A stretch of DNA of 62,956 bases, filler included, from Octopus bimaculoides (taxonomy: Eukaryota): NCBI RefSeq assembly GCF_001194135.2. It is 4 parts of 4 records of this genome, joined end to end, with 100 filler letters (N's around TTAATTAATTAA, not from the genome) between each part and the next. Parts side by side here need not be neighbours in the genome. Positions count along the whole stretch, not along the records: positions 31,556 to 51,130 come from NC_068983.1; 3 more parts are not named here. The stretch is one strand, 5' to 3'. Made by a program: the position numbers and the translations under genes. A model generated the notes under the pieces. The model had not been told where the DNA came from and did no database searches. It saw only the letters and a list, made by a program, of their open reading frames with translations. This document shows positions 36,670 through 49,689 of this stretch, one piece after another; within the stretch, counting starts at the first letter, position 1; each line of letters starts with the position of its first letter.

Positions 36670-37050
36670 GTGGAGGCGCAATGGCCCAGTGGTTAGGGCA
36701 GCGGACTCGCGGTCATAGGATCACGGCTTCGATTCCCAGACCGGGCGTTGTGAGTGTTTATTGAGCGAAAACACCTAAAGCTCCACGAGGCTCCGGCAGG
36801 GGATAGTGGCGAACCCTGCTGTACTCTTCCACCACAACATTCTCTCACTCTTACTTCCTGTTTCTGTTGTGCCTGTAATTCAAAGGGTCAGCCTTGTCAC
36901 ACTGTGTCACGCTGAATATCCCCGAGAACTACGTTAAGGGTACACATCTCTGTGGAGTGCTCAGCCGCTTGCACGTTAATTTCACGAGCAGGCTGTTCCG
37001 TTGATCTGATCAACTGGAACCCTCGACGTCGTAAGCGACGGAGTGCCAAC
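36670..37050 (+). mobile_element. SINE family B, full length (tRNA head, RTE-like tail)
   Basis: gtggaggcgcaatggcccagtggttagg (A box) ..gcttcgattccc (B box) ... gatcaactggaaccctcgacgtcgtaagcgacggagtgccaac. Confidence 0.92.
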
Positions 37051-37102
37051 TATTTTCACGTAAAAAATGGCAATATTTTGCTCAATGTACATACCCGTCT
37101 AC

Positions 37103-38640
37103 TTAATTGTTACTACGGATAAAGTCGTACTTTGAAAAGACTGGGTAGTCGGAAATTGTGTAGTCCGCTTTTACACTTACTGGTTCTATGGTCTGCATTT
37201 GACGTAAGACTCTTATTTCATTGTATATCCTTTGTTTTGGCTTACCGATGAAGCAATTCCGCTCATGATCGTAAGAATGTAAGTTCCGTTCACGGTGTTG
37301 CGTTTTGTCCTTGAGCAAGACACTTTATTTCCCGTTCCTCCAGTCTACTCAGCTGGAAAAAAACGAGTAATACATATATTCCAAAGGGCCAGCTTTGTGG
37401 TATTCTGTGTCACGCTGAATCTCCCGGAGAACTACGTTAAGGGTACGCATATTTCTTATTTCTTTACTGCCTACAAGGGGCTACACACCGAGGGGACAAA
37501 CAAGGACAGACAAACGGATTAAGTCGATTATGTCAACCCCAGTGCGTAACTGGTACTTATTTAATCGACTTCGAGAGGATGAAAGGTAAAGTCAACCTCG
37601 GCAGAATTTGAACTCAGAACGTAGCGGCAGACGAAATACTGCTAGATAGACATAGATATACATAATACGTANNNNNNNNNNNNNNNNNNNNNNNNNNNNN
37701 NNNNNNNNATAAGTATGCAATAAAATTTCATCTACCGTTCTTAAATCGACAAAATTCGCTCTTGGTTTATGACTCGGTAACATTCTCATAAAGCACAGCA
37801 CTGCCTTACGAGGATTTGCGCTGATGATAGGAATCCTTCCAATCATATAATGCAGACTGTCATTTCACATTATCGTCCCTCCCAAACTGTTTCTTTTAAC
37901 TGCTTTGGATCTTCTCACAAATTATTCCCGAACCATCTGTAATACTGGAAGATATCTGGGTAAACAATATTATTCCCATCTGGAACAAAGGTATTAAGTT
38001 CAAAGAATACAATAAAGGTAGTCGCCGGTTGGCTACGGTTTACGACATTGTTTCCCCTCATTAAGCTCAAAATGAACATTTTGTTCACTCTCTAGATTCT
38101 TCGGAATTTTTTTTTTCATTGAGGATTTTGCTTTTGTATCGAAAACTCATAATGCTTGCTATAAGCGTAGGAAGTACTGATATATCGTGTATTGACAAAT
38201 GTTTGAATTTATCCAGAGCCTGGTATTTGAACTGTCACATGTTAACAGGAAGAGGAAGTGTCATAGCAGGAATTGTAGGAAGTGGAATTAAGAAAATATT
38301 GCAGATTACAAGCAGGTAATTATTAATTAAGATGAAATCGCAAGGTGGGACGAATACAAATATTAGATGGAATATAGTTAACTATAAAATTTAATGATCA
38401 GTCTAACAGCAGGACTATCTTGGATATTCTTTTTATGGTCCTTGAAGTTAACCCTTGGTTCATTTGGTTTTAAGGGTTCGGTACTACCCGTTAAGTCATA
38501 TTCCATCATAATTTTCTTAATTTCTAAGTTGATGTCTAACAGATTCTTTTTCGTGGTTATTTTATATTTAGCGTTGAGTTCTTTCATTATTAGTCTTCTA
38601 TAGGTCATTTTGATTTTATTTTGATTTCATTCACCTTACT
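37103..38640 (-). mobile_element. Highly decayed Penelope-like retroelement remnant, interrupted by SINEs and a gap
   Basis: The minus ORF 38378-38608 contains VNFKDHKKNIQDSPAVRLI, resembling the pre-RT KDHK..P..RLI motif of Penelope elements. Downstream is LWINS (QW.NS-like), and 37103-37318 has CFIGKPKQRI..I.V.RQ, resembling a GIY-YIG second motif. Confidence 0.45.
37450..37645 (-). mobile_element. SINE family C, 3' two-thirds
   Basis: gaggggacaaacaaggacagac..ggatgaaaggtaaagtcaacctcggc. Confidence 0.85.
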
Positions 38641-39325
38641 TCGAACTGTGCGGATAATGCTGGAATGACCTGGTGCTTCAACTTAAGTACCTAATTCAAT
38701 TGAATCTCAATTATTTCTTATATATATNNNNNNNNNNNNNNNNNNNNNNNNNNNNNNNNNNNNNNNNNNNNNNNNNNNNNNNNNNNNNNNNNNNNNNNNN
38801 NNNNNNNNNNNNNNNNNNNNNNNNNNNNNNNNNNNNNNNNNNNNNNNNNNNNNNNNNNNNNNNNNNNNNNNNNNNNNNNNNNNNNNNNNNNNNNNNNNNN
38901 NNNNNNNNNNNNNNNNNNNNNNNNNNNNNNNNNNNNNNNNNNNNNNNNNNNNNNNNNNNNNNNNNNNNNNNNNNNNNNNNNNNNNNNNNNNNNNNNNNNN
39001 NNNNNNNNNNNNNNNNNNNNNNNNNNNNNNNNNNNNNNNNNNNNNNNNNNNNNNNNNNNNNNNNNNNNNNNNNNNNNNNNNNNNNNNNNNNNNNNNNNNN
39101 NNNNNNNNNNNNNNNNNNNNNNNNNNNNNNNNNNNNNNNNNNNNNNNNNNNNNNNNNNNNNNNNNNNNNNNNNNNNNNNNNNNNNNNNNNNNNNNNNNNN
39201 NNNNNNNNNNNNNNNNNNNNNNNNNNNNNNNNNNNNNNNNNNNNNNNNNNNNNNNNNNNNNNNNNNNNNNNNNNNNNNNNNNNNNNNNNNNNNNNNNNNN
39301 NNNNNNNNNNNNNNNNNNNNNNNNN

Positions 39326-39432
39326 CTTTAGGTGTTTTCGCTCAATAAACACTCACAACGCCCGGTCTGGGAATCGAAACCGCAATCCTATGACCGCGAG
39401 TCCACTGCCCTAACCACTGGGCCATCCCACCT
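39326..39432 (-). mobile_element. SINE family B, 5' end
   Basis: aataaacactcacaacgcccggtctgggaatcgaaacc..taaccactgggcc. Confidence 0.85.
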
Positions 39433-39483
<51 letters not shown>

Positions 39484-39837
39484 TGTATGTATGTATTTAT
39501 GAGTGTATGAATGTGTGTGTGCGTGCATCTTTATATTTGACACTGCACTGTAGGATATTCGGTGGCGGTTTATTCAATCCCCCAAGTCTTAGTGGATGAG
39601 CAAAGCAGAACCATACAATAAGATCCAGACATTTAAAAATATGCGCTGCGGTCCATTTTATCGACTAAAATTCAGCATGGTCATAGTCCAATAACTGAAA
39701 CAAGTAAGATAGTAAGAAATAGTACGTGCCAATATCGATTAAGCTGCTTAATGTGATTAAAGTCAAAACAAATTTACTAAAATACTAAACAAAAACATAC
39801 GTTTCTGACATAATAACATTGAAGATGATGATGATGG

Positions 39838-39868
<31 letters not shown>

Positions 39869-39872
39869 GATG

Positions 39873-39932
<60 letters not shown>

Positions 39933-39936
<4 letters not shown>

Positions 39937-40243
39937 AAAGACCTGGAAATAGAGGTAACTCGAATGTGGAATCTAAAAACAGAAACAATTCCTATCATAG
40001 TAGGTGCCTTAGGTATAATAACAAAAAAATATTCAGACAAATACATAACAAAAACACCAGGACTTACAAATATATATAACATACAGAAAATTGCACTACA
40101 GGGCACTGCACACATCCTACGCAAAACACTTTCAATACAGTATCCATAAGTGCTTCACAGCAAACCACAGCACATACCCAAGGCGCACAGAGCTGCGCTC
40201 GGTAGTGAAGTGAAAGCACGTTATAAAAATAAAACTACTGAAC
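39933..40243 (+). mobile_element. 5'-truncated R4/Dong-clade non-LTR retrotransposon (RLE C-terminus plus 3'UTR) inside (TAA)n
   Basis: Encodes YKDLEIEVTRMWNLKTETIPIIVGALG...IQKIALQGTAHILRKTLS, typical of R4/Dong restriction-like endonuclease tails. (TAA)n lies on both sides (about 39840-39932 and 40244-40312). Confidence 0.88.
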
Positions 40244-40292
<49 letters not shown>

Positions 40293-41180
40293 GTAATAAT
40301 AATAATAATAAACCGCAAAAATAACAACAACCATGATAGTAACTATAATAATGGTGATGATGATGATGATGATGACGTGCAATTTCTGTTGTTCTTATCA
40401 AGGTGATAAAATCGTTTTTAAGAAATGTGTCCATGACTGAAAACTGATCAGTGTAATGAGTGTATAATGGAAATGATGAATGTCAGAAAGTAGTCAGGAT
40501 TGATGCGTCTAAAGACAAACACAGTGGTTTTTATGAAATTACGAAGACAAGCAATCGAAATATTTTTCTAATGGAATTTGTCAAGGCAAATGTGAGTGGT
40601 TATGGAATGTTTCACCGCTGTGTTTATTATCGATGAAATGTCAGGACGTGTTAAACTCGATTCACTTAAAAACGTGGAATGAGAAGAAGACAGTTATTAT
40701 CTTGAGAGGCGCACTATTAAAATCGAGCCATCGACACATCAATCGCTGTCAGCAATGAGAATATCGATCCGATTTATAGAACTATTACTTTTCCTCCGTT
40801 TTATCAACTTCTTAACAGCTGCAACTCCATGTTCATATATCAGTTGTATCTCTTAGGCTGCTTAATACCTTTGATAAAGGGATGAAAGCCATACATGAAT
40901 AAATTTGAGAATTTGTTCTTAAGTAAGATATTATTAAATCAGTGACATATTACTACTTATCTGTCACTTCATCATAGAATACAAGGTTTGTTGTATACGA
41001 CCAACTGAAAGGAATTTAGATGCTGAAATATTTACTGATAAGATCATGCGAAGTAAATATCTTTAAAATACTTCTGAAAATATCGACCAGAATTGCTTGG
41101 TAAAATTTTAAACTGAATACAGCGATACAGCGATTAGGAAAATTACGACGGGTTAGTTAGTATTATTTCTGGCGTAGCAC

Positions 41181-41571
41181 GTTGTTGTTGGTTGGCACTC
41201 CGTCGCTTACGACGTCGAGGGTTCCAGTTGATTCGATCAACGGAACAGCCTGCTCGTGAAATTAACGTGCAAGTGGCTGAGCACTCCACAGACACGTGTA
41301 CCCTTAACGTAGTTCTCGGGGATATTCAGCGTGACACAGTGTGACAAGGCTGACCCTTTGAATTACAGGCACAACAAAAACAGGAAGTAAGAGTGAGAGA
41401 AAGTTGTGGTGGAAGAGTACAGCAGGGTTCGCCACCGTCCCCTGCCGGAGCCTCGTGGAGCTGTAAGTGTTTTCACTCAATAAACACTCACAACGCCTGG
41501 TCTGGGAATCGAAACCGCGATCCTATGACCGCGAGTCCGCTGCTCTAACCACTGGGGCATTGCGCCTCCAC
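41181..41571 (-). mobile_element. SINE family B, full length, with (AAC)n tail
   Basis: Near-identical reverse complement of 36670-37050. Confidence 0.92.
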
Positions 41572-41599
41572 TGGCCTATCACGTAAGGAAGACAAATCA

Positions 41600-41845
41600 A
41601 TACGTTTCTTATTTCTTTATTACCCACAAGGGGCCAAACATAGAGGGGACAAACAAGGACAGACAAAGGGATTAAGTCGATTACATCGACCCAGTGTGTA
41701 ACTGCTACTTAATTTATTGACCCCCCGAAAGGATGAAAGGCAAAGTCGACCTCGGCGGAATTTGAACTCAGAACGTAACGGCAGACGAAATACGACTAAG
41801 CATTTCGCCCGGCGTGCTAACGTCTCTGCCAGCTCGCCGCCTTAA
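41600..41845 (-). mobile_element. SINE family C, full length; repeated at 41963-42090 across a gap
   Basis: Complete from the tail aagaaataagaaacg to the head aaggcggcgagctggcag (sense). Confidence 0.9.
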
Positions 41846-42254
41846 ATCAATACGGTTCTGTCATACGTAATCTGTCNNNNNNNNNNNNNNNNNNNNNNNN
41901 NNNNNNNNNNNNNNNNNNNNNNNNNNNNNNNNNNNNNNNNNNNNNNNNNNNNNNNNNNNNNNTGACCCCCCGAAAGGATGAAAGGCAAAGTCGACCTCGG
42001 CGGAATTTGAACTCAGAACGTAACGGCAGACGAAATACGACTAAGCATTTCGCCCGGCGTGCTAACGTCTCTGCCAGCTCGCCGCCTTAAATCAATACGG
42101 TTCTGTCATACGTAATCTGTCATCAGCTGAAGTACAGTCATCGCCAATTGAATGCTGGTACTGAAGTAATTAGGCTACAGTACAGAAACGTTAGCGATGC
42201 CCGGAAATGAGGTTTATTGTTTAAATAGTATTTTTGATATCTGGTTGTAATAGC

Positions 42255-42465
42255 ACGGTGAGCTGGCAGAATCGCTACCACACCGGGAAAAATACTTAGC
42301 GGTATTTTGTCCGTCTATACATTTTGAGTTCAAATTCCGCCGAGTCGAATTTGCCTTTCATCCTTTCGAGGTCGATAAAATAAGTACCAGTTGAGTAGAG
42401 GGGTCGACGGAATTGACATTACCTCTTCTCCCATAATATTGTGCTTCTGCCAAAATTTGAAATCG
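42255..42465 (+). mobile_element. SINE family C
   Basis: ggtgagctggcagaatcg..gagttcaaattccgccgag..gcctttcatcctttcgaggtcgataaaataagtaccag. Confidence 0.85.
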
Positions 42466-44381
42466 ATATCTGGTTATAATTTTGTTATACCCACAAATAA
42501 AGGGGTCGGGTCAATAAACTTTTAGGGTTGTGGATTGAACCGGATTGGAAATGCTTTGCTTTATTTCTTTATTTTTTACATTCCACCTTTTGTGATGAAA
42601 GCATCATTGCACATCTAATTACAGAAAAAAAATCTGTATGTGGCAATCCACATGCAGGAAAGAGTTAAAACGTTATTTGTCAGGTTGAATGGAAGAGGTT
42701 GTGACTTCCGGGTAAATGTGTTTCCTGCCACTTTACCTATTTCCCTCAATAGTCAAGTAAATATTTTTTGATACTTTCTCAGAATCTCTCACACATAAAA
42801 GACATATTGCAACTGCCATGAAACCCAATTAGTCTCTGTAGCTCCATTCATGTGAGAACGCGTAAATATTTACTTCTTAAAACGTATACAGGGGAAATTT
42901 TGTTTTTTAAACACTTGAAAGGATCTCACATTTGCTTCTTTTTGTTTTTTGTATGCATTTGAGGATACTACAAAAATATGACTTATGCTCTATTTTTCGA
43001 TACTGAAGATTGATAAAGAGATCACATTTTAAATAAAATCAGCGGGTCTTATTTGGCCCTCAGGTTGCAACCTCTGTATTAACAAATAGGCGGAATTTAT
43101 AATTTATTACGTCATTTTATAAATCGATTTGAATTTACAGTGTGAAGTGAATGCAATGTTATTATTCCTTGGCATAGATCATTGGCCTATTGCAGGAAAG
43201 GTTTTGTTAAACGTGGTAACTGATGGGTACTGAGACAATGAGAAGACGGAATACGCGGTTGTTCGAATTGCAAAAATAGCAGCCTAACCTTCATTCAGTA
43301 ACACCTCATTTCATAGAAGAAGATACATTAGTAAAGTAGTCATTGTATATGAAGAGATGAGATAGACCCACTAGAACTCTTTTAATCATAGGATTTTATT
43401 ATTTATTCCATTTACACCCAATATGTTTTATAAGTATATTAAATCGACATTAGGAGCTGGCTGGTATTTTATTTTATCGACCCTTCAGGGCTGAGCTGGT
43501 TTCAACAGAAACATCACTCGATAATACGCTACTCATTACGATGAAATGGTGTAATGGAAGCTAAACTCAACAATTCTAACTTGACACAAAATATACACGC
43601 CCGAAGTTGATTTGAACTAATGCTAAATGACGAAGTAGTCAAATACATTATCAACACAACTCCGCCATTTTAGTTTTGCAGCATACGAACAAACTCACCA
43701 CCAAATACTGATAATGTCTGATCAAATTTACCGAAGACTCCTCGTGATCTCGCGTGTAATAATTTCATGCACATTAAGTAAATCGATATGGCCATTGTCT
43801 CCGTTCCAACGAAAGAAAATATTGAATTAACGTCAATCGGTCGTCTGTACGTCTGTTATCTAACAGCTAAGAATATTGTTTCTTACATAGACAATAAACA
43901 GAGATTTTTTTGTGTTTTTTTGTTTAGAAATTAATATTGTTTCAATGGCAGGTGAGAGATATTAAAAAGTTGTAACATTCACATACTACCTAATATCATT
44001 AACTACTTAGTTGCTAAAGTAGAGCAAAAACATCGATATATTAGTGAAACAAAATATTTAGGGTTATGACGAGCGTGAAGCTTATCTTTAGTCAACAGTA
44101 ATCAGTCACTGCTAGAAATAGTAAGGCAGCTGCAGAGAAGATAACTACTTCAGAACAAACATAGTCAAGTATAGGAGATTCATGCATGATATGAGGTTTT
44201 TTTGTGTGCGTTAAATACATGGTCTACGTATAATATTGCATCGAGATTCATTATGTATATGAAATAATAGAAAACCGACTTTATCTTTCAAATGACATAA
44301 AAAGTCCCCTGTTGCGTAACAGAGATAAAATTATAATTGTTATATATATATATATATGTATATACACATGTATATACACAT

Positions 44382-44468
<87 letters not shown>

Positions 44469-44698
44469 TATAAATAAATATATATGTATATATATGTGTG
44501 TGTGTGTGTGCTCTCGCGCTCTCGCTCATGTATGATAAAAAAGTTCATTTTACAACCGGTTCCTCGCTCAGCAGTATGGCTAAGTTTTTTCTGTCATAGC
44601 CTCCTGTTGATCTTTGATAGCGGAAATTTGGTAAACAGAAATTCTTCGGGAAAACTGTCATATCTTTCCCTCTCTTTCTCTCTCTCCCCTCTCATTCA

Positions 44699-44736
<38 letters not shown>

Positions 44737-45559
44737 TACGTATGCGCCTCTTGGTCGCTCTAGTACGTTTCAGTGAAGTAAGCTATCTATGAATTAGCAA
44801 CCTTCTAGTTGCCGTGCAGAAACGCAGAACAAATTTTGTGAACTTCCTTTTGTCAGAATATAACTTCTCCAAAAAATAGTATCTCGCAGCAGTTGTATAC
44901 GTTAACTAGAGACCTTGCAGTCGGAGATTAAACCTTACCATAGAATCAGTAATGGTTTACTTTCAAAGTTGTGGCACACAGTTTGCCGGTGTTCGATCAC
45001 TTCGAGTAACAGTTCCTCAGCTATGGGAAAATTGGTAAAAATATTCTCATTAGTTTGAAGCGCTGAAGATGCAAAGTTACTGAAAACAAACATTGACTGA
45101 AATACCACAGTGGAATCCTGTACATGATATGCTATGTCTATTCAGCATTTTTTCAGCATCTCCGGATATACTACTTTTGCTTCTCACTGGGCTACACCTA
45201 AGAAAATAAAGGGGGGGGGGTGACTCATGGGTAAACCAAAACTTCATTAAACTTCTCAGGGCCTTTCTCCCTTATTTTCTCTCCCTCTTCTTTTCTCATC
45301 AGGGATTGTGTGTGTATATGTGTGTGTGTTTTGGCTTTGTGGAACAAAGGCAGAATACAAGAAGCAGCAGTTACGGTTATTGGTGTTGAGGGGCTGGGGA
45401 CAGTGCGGACCGTCTTCGTTGCACGGACGAGCCAGTGTCACTTCAGCAATCACGCGTCTTAAGCTGGATAGTCCCTTGTCAGTAAGATGCTGATGTGCAC
45501 AGTCTGGTTAATTCTTTACCTGACAAATGCCTACTGTGTTTGCACTTATCAATAACTTC

Positions 45560-45900
45560 TAAAGTAATGTACCAAACAATGTACCTGAACATTAGTTTCA
45601 AGGTTCATCCAAGGCTGGGACCACGAGCCATACGTCCCCTGCCCAATTCAGTAACACAACATATAGGTACATTGCGGTATAATTTCTTTTCCTCAACAGG
45701 CCCTGCCCTGTTTAACATTGTCCCGAAACAGATCCTATCAGCTTTAAACGGAGTCTGGACAGCTTTCTTCAAGGAATACCAGACAAGCCATCCATACCTG
45801 GATACAACTCACTCAATAAGAACTCACTACTTGAATGGGCCACAAACAAAACTTGACTGTAAAAAGGATTTAGATAATCCTGTCAGGTGGTGCTATTAAG
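45560..45900 (+). mobile_element. 3' fragment of a CR1/L2-group LINE
   Basis: The ORF includes NFFSSTGPALFNIVPKQI, matching the common LINE C-terminal F...GP.LFN.LP motif. Confidence 0.7.
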
Positions 45901-46039
45901 TTAGACATGGCCTGGACCGATCTTTGGTCGAAACATATCTAAGCTTATCTAAGTTTATGGTATAGAATTTTCTTGAACTTAGTAAGCAGCGATGTTGAAA
46001 GTATGATGTTAGGGTTAATTGTTAGCAAACACAAAATTG

Positions 46040-46490
46040 TTAGTATTGATGATAACAATATAAGATGTGTTCATTGATATGCTCCAACCGGGAAGCCATG
46101 CAAATGATGTGTTATTACTAGAGAATCACTACAATTTTGTCTGGGTAGAAAACAACAAGACGATAGACGAGACAATAGCTTTAGGATTGCAGTAGAGATC
46201 TGACTTTTCAATGATAGAATCCTTTACTGCCGGTACTGAACGAGTGTTAATTCTTTGTTTGAATTCCATCGACGGCTTAGTAGATTTTGTGACTGCAAAT
46301 CCCATCACACTTAAATGTGGCATCGAAGCTGATGATTCACACGAATAATCTTAGACAGCTTTCACAATCAGAAGGCCTCTACTTACTTGAAAATTTTAAC
46401 GTCCAAGTGAATGCAGAGTACGACAGAAGACATATATACACAAGCCATTGTGGAGTCGATAAAATGAATGAGCCGAGTTACTTGAAGAAT
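46040..46490 (+). mobile_element. Decayed apurinic-endonuclease (APE) domain of a LINE
   Basis: CVH*YAPT (~46075) and LYLLENFNVQV....HCGVDKMNE (~46380-46470) resemble the VYAPT and LLGDFNA.VG...G.G..NE motifs. Confidence 0.5.
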
Positions 46491-47884
46491 TCAAATATTA
46501 TACATTAAAAAGATTTGGTAGTGTAGCAGTTGTACACATTAACTTAGTAGAAATAGCAGTAAAATTTGAATGAAAATCAACTGCCTTCAAAAATAGGAAA
46601 AAAGCATGAAATAATATAGTTATACATTTTGTATGTCCGAAAAGAAAATCGATACGATGACTGATCATGGCCGTAAAGTCTTCCATCATGTAATCATCTG
46701 CTCAATTAAGATCGATCTAGGAATAGCATGATCATAATCATCATGATCACGATGATGATGATGATGATGATCATCATCATCATCATCATCATCACCATCA
46801 ACAACAAAACAAAAAACAACAGCAGCAGCAACAACAGTAACAGCTATAGCAACGGCGGCGATGACAATATTAAGCAGAGAAATTAACAATGAACCGTTGC
46901 AATCGGTAGTAACTTAATATCGATCACCAATCTTACGGTATTAAATTATAATTATTTCATGTCTATAATAAATTCATCCTTCTACATTATGATAGACAGA
47001 TAGATAGGTATGCAGGTAAGTTGGGAGGTAGATAGGTATGCCTGTAGGTGGGTAGATGGGTGGTTAGGTAGATGGGTATGTAGATAGATAGTAAATATGT
47101 AGGTAAGTAGCTATCATCTTTTAACTAATTTTAATTAAACTAAGGTAATTGTACCAAAGAATTCGACAATGCTCAAGGACATCCTTTGTACTCTTTCTCA
47201 AATCATTAACAAAAGGAATCCAATAGGAGGTGAACCAGAAGGCGAACCAGGATTTGTCACAGAAAATGGATTTCATTTCATATTGTTGTTGATTAGCCAT
47301 AGCTATTTCGGATAGGGCTTAACTTGAACGGTTTTGTCTCTGGTTCACCCAAATCAAATGCGTAATCGATTATGAAATTCCTGTTCAAAACAACTATGTG
47401 GAAACCGGGCCCTTTGCAAGAATTTTCATCTTGAGTTGCTGGAATAATGGTTGGATAACATCCACAGCCTCGGTTGGTCACGCATTAGAATCAAACCGGA
47501 AAGTGTAGAAATGGTTGCTTCTGATAAGGTATAAAGGACAGATGGATGGATTGCTGGAATTATTTCTGAGAACTGATGGCTTGTGACAAAAACATGGTGA
47601 AATTATGCATCTTCTAGCATTCCATTTAATCACCATGTCAATAACTGTACCAATCAAAGTTGTCAGTTCCTTGCTGCAGTTACATTATTTTAATTAAAAT
47701 TACACTTAAATGATATATAACTGCACACGTACTTATCTACCTACATATCTTCTATCTACTTACCTAATTACCTGTCCACTCACCTGTCAACCTTCACGCA
47801 TACATACCTACCTGCCTGCCTGTCTGCCTGCCTACCTACATGCTTGCCTCCGTCTTTACCTGCCTATCTATCTATCTATCTATC

Positions 47885-47922
<38 letters not shown>

Positions 47923-47926
47923 TCTC

Positions 47927-47959
<33 letters not shown>

Positions 47960-47995
47960 ATCGATCTACCGCAGTCTACACTGGGTCACTGTATG

Positions 47996-48036
<41 letters not shown>

Positions 48037-48129
48037 GTATATACACGCGCACAGACTCACGCATACACACATATATATATCTTGCTTCATTCATTGGACT
48101 GCACCTTGCTGGAGCGTTGAGGGGTTTAC

Positions 48130-48420
48130 TTGAATAAATTAACTCCAATACTAATACTTTTAAAGCCTGGCTCTTATTCCATGAGCCGGTTTTGACGAAC
48201 CTCTAGATTACAGGGACATAAACAAGCCAACATCGGGTGTCAAGCGGTCGCAGGGGTGACAAACACACTCATAGGAAGAGACACACGCATAAGTATATGC
48301 ATATACGACGGACTTTTTTGGTTTCCCTTTACCACATCTAAGCACAAGGATTATAGTAGAAGACACTTCCCAAAGGTGCCATGAAATGGAGATACACATG
48401 AACTCATGGGGCTGGAAACA
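48130..48420 (-). mobile_element. SINE family A, old diverged copy
   Basis: ttacagggacataaacaagccaacatcgg ... tagtagaagacacttcccaaaggtgcc. Confidence 0.65.
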
Positions 48421-48576
48421 AACTTCCAACACAGGCATATTTATTCTTATGTGTATGCATATCAATATGTACGTGTTTGATATCACTCCGGATTATTGCG
48501 TACATTAAATGTATGTCTTAGGGGCAAAATTTTTCTATTTCTTAGTATGCATGTGCATACGGTTGTGTATGTGTGT

Positions 48577-48650
<74 letters not shown>

Positions 48651-48653
<3 letters not shown>

Positions 48654-48890
48654 CATTTAGGCCCATTGCGCTTCAATATCCTTCCAAAAAGCCCGAGAGA
48701 CCATCATGGGGTGGATGTAGACGGCTTTAAGGCAAAACTATATTTCCTCCTGTCAAGAGTTCCGGATGAACCTACCTCGTGCCAAAAGTCACACATGAAG
48801 GCAGCAACACCAAACTCCCTCTTTCACCAAATGTCACACATCAGAGGAGGTTTAATGAAAGTGTAGCAGAGCTAACGGCGATGGTAGCAG
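48651..48890 (+). mobile_element. 3' fragment of a CR1-group LINE
   Basis: LGPLRFNILPKSPRDHHGVDVDGFKAKLYFLLSRVPDEP...AATPNSL matches the GP.LFN.LP..LR.....VD.FK..LD..L..VPDEP....NSL terminal motif. Confidence 0.8.
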
Positions 48891-48929
48891 CTCATGAGGT
48901 GAGTCTAGTAAAGAAAAAAGAAATCAAAA

Positions 48930-49099
48930 GATATCAGGCGCATTTATGGTTGTGTGGTAAGAAACTTACTTCTTAACCACATGGTTCCGGGTTCAGTCCT
49001 ACTATGTGGAACCATTGGCAAGTGTTTCCTACTATAGCCTTCAGACCGACCAAAGCCTTGTGAGTGGAATTGGTAGGCGGAAATTGAAAGAAGCCTGTC

Positions 49100-49135
<36 letters not shown>

Positions 49136-49276
49136 NNNNNNNNNNNNNNNNNNNNNNNNNNNNNNNNNNNNNNNNNNNNNNNNNNNNNNNNNNNNNNNNN
49201 NNNNNNNNNNNNNNNNNNNNNNNNNNNNNNNNNNNNNNNNNNNNNNNNNNNNNNNNNNNNNNNNNNNNNNNNNNNN

Positions 49277-49307
<31 letters not shown>

Positions 49308-49560
49308 ATATATGCGTGTGTGTGTGTGTGTGTGTGTGTGTCTCTGTGTCTCTGTGTGTCAGCGTTTGTCCCCCACGACAGCTTGAAAACCGGTGGTGGT
49401 GTGTTTAAGTCCCTGTAACTTACCGATGCGGTTCGGCAAAACAGACCGATAGATAAGTACTGGGCTTCAAAAGAAAGAATGATAAGTCCCAGGGTCGATT
49501 TGTTCGACTGAAACCCTTCAAAACGTTGGCCCAGTATGAACGCAATCAAATTATTGAAAG
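48930..49560 (+). mobile_element. SINE family A spanning a gap
   Basis: Head ggttgtgtggtaagaaac..ccgggttcagtcc; 3' modules gcggttcggcaaaacagaccgatag. Confidence 0.85.
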
Positions 49561-49689
49561 GAATATAAGATAAAAAATATGTGTGTTTGTGTGTGTGTGT
49601 GTGTACACTGATACAAATGTACACAGATATGCACAGTGATACAACAGTCCTTTGACATTAATATAAGCCGGCGAACAACGGAGGTAAGT

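Noticed and set aside
16750-41571. tRNA-like A/B-box sequences
   Set aside because: They are SINE heads continuous with repeat bodies and form no complete cloverleaf, so they are not called as tRNA genes.
41703-42116. Exact direct repeats either side of small gaps (also about 12966-13160 and 31139-31230)
   Set aside because: Most likely unmerged contig overlaps or haplotype ends.
47150-47500. Possible DNA-transposase remnant on the minus strand (VDVIQPLFQQL; EFHNRL)
   Set aside because: The similarity is too fragmentary to support a call.
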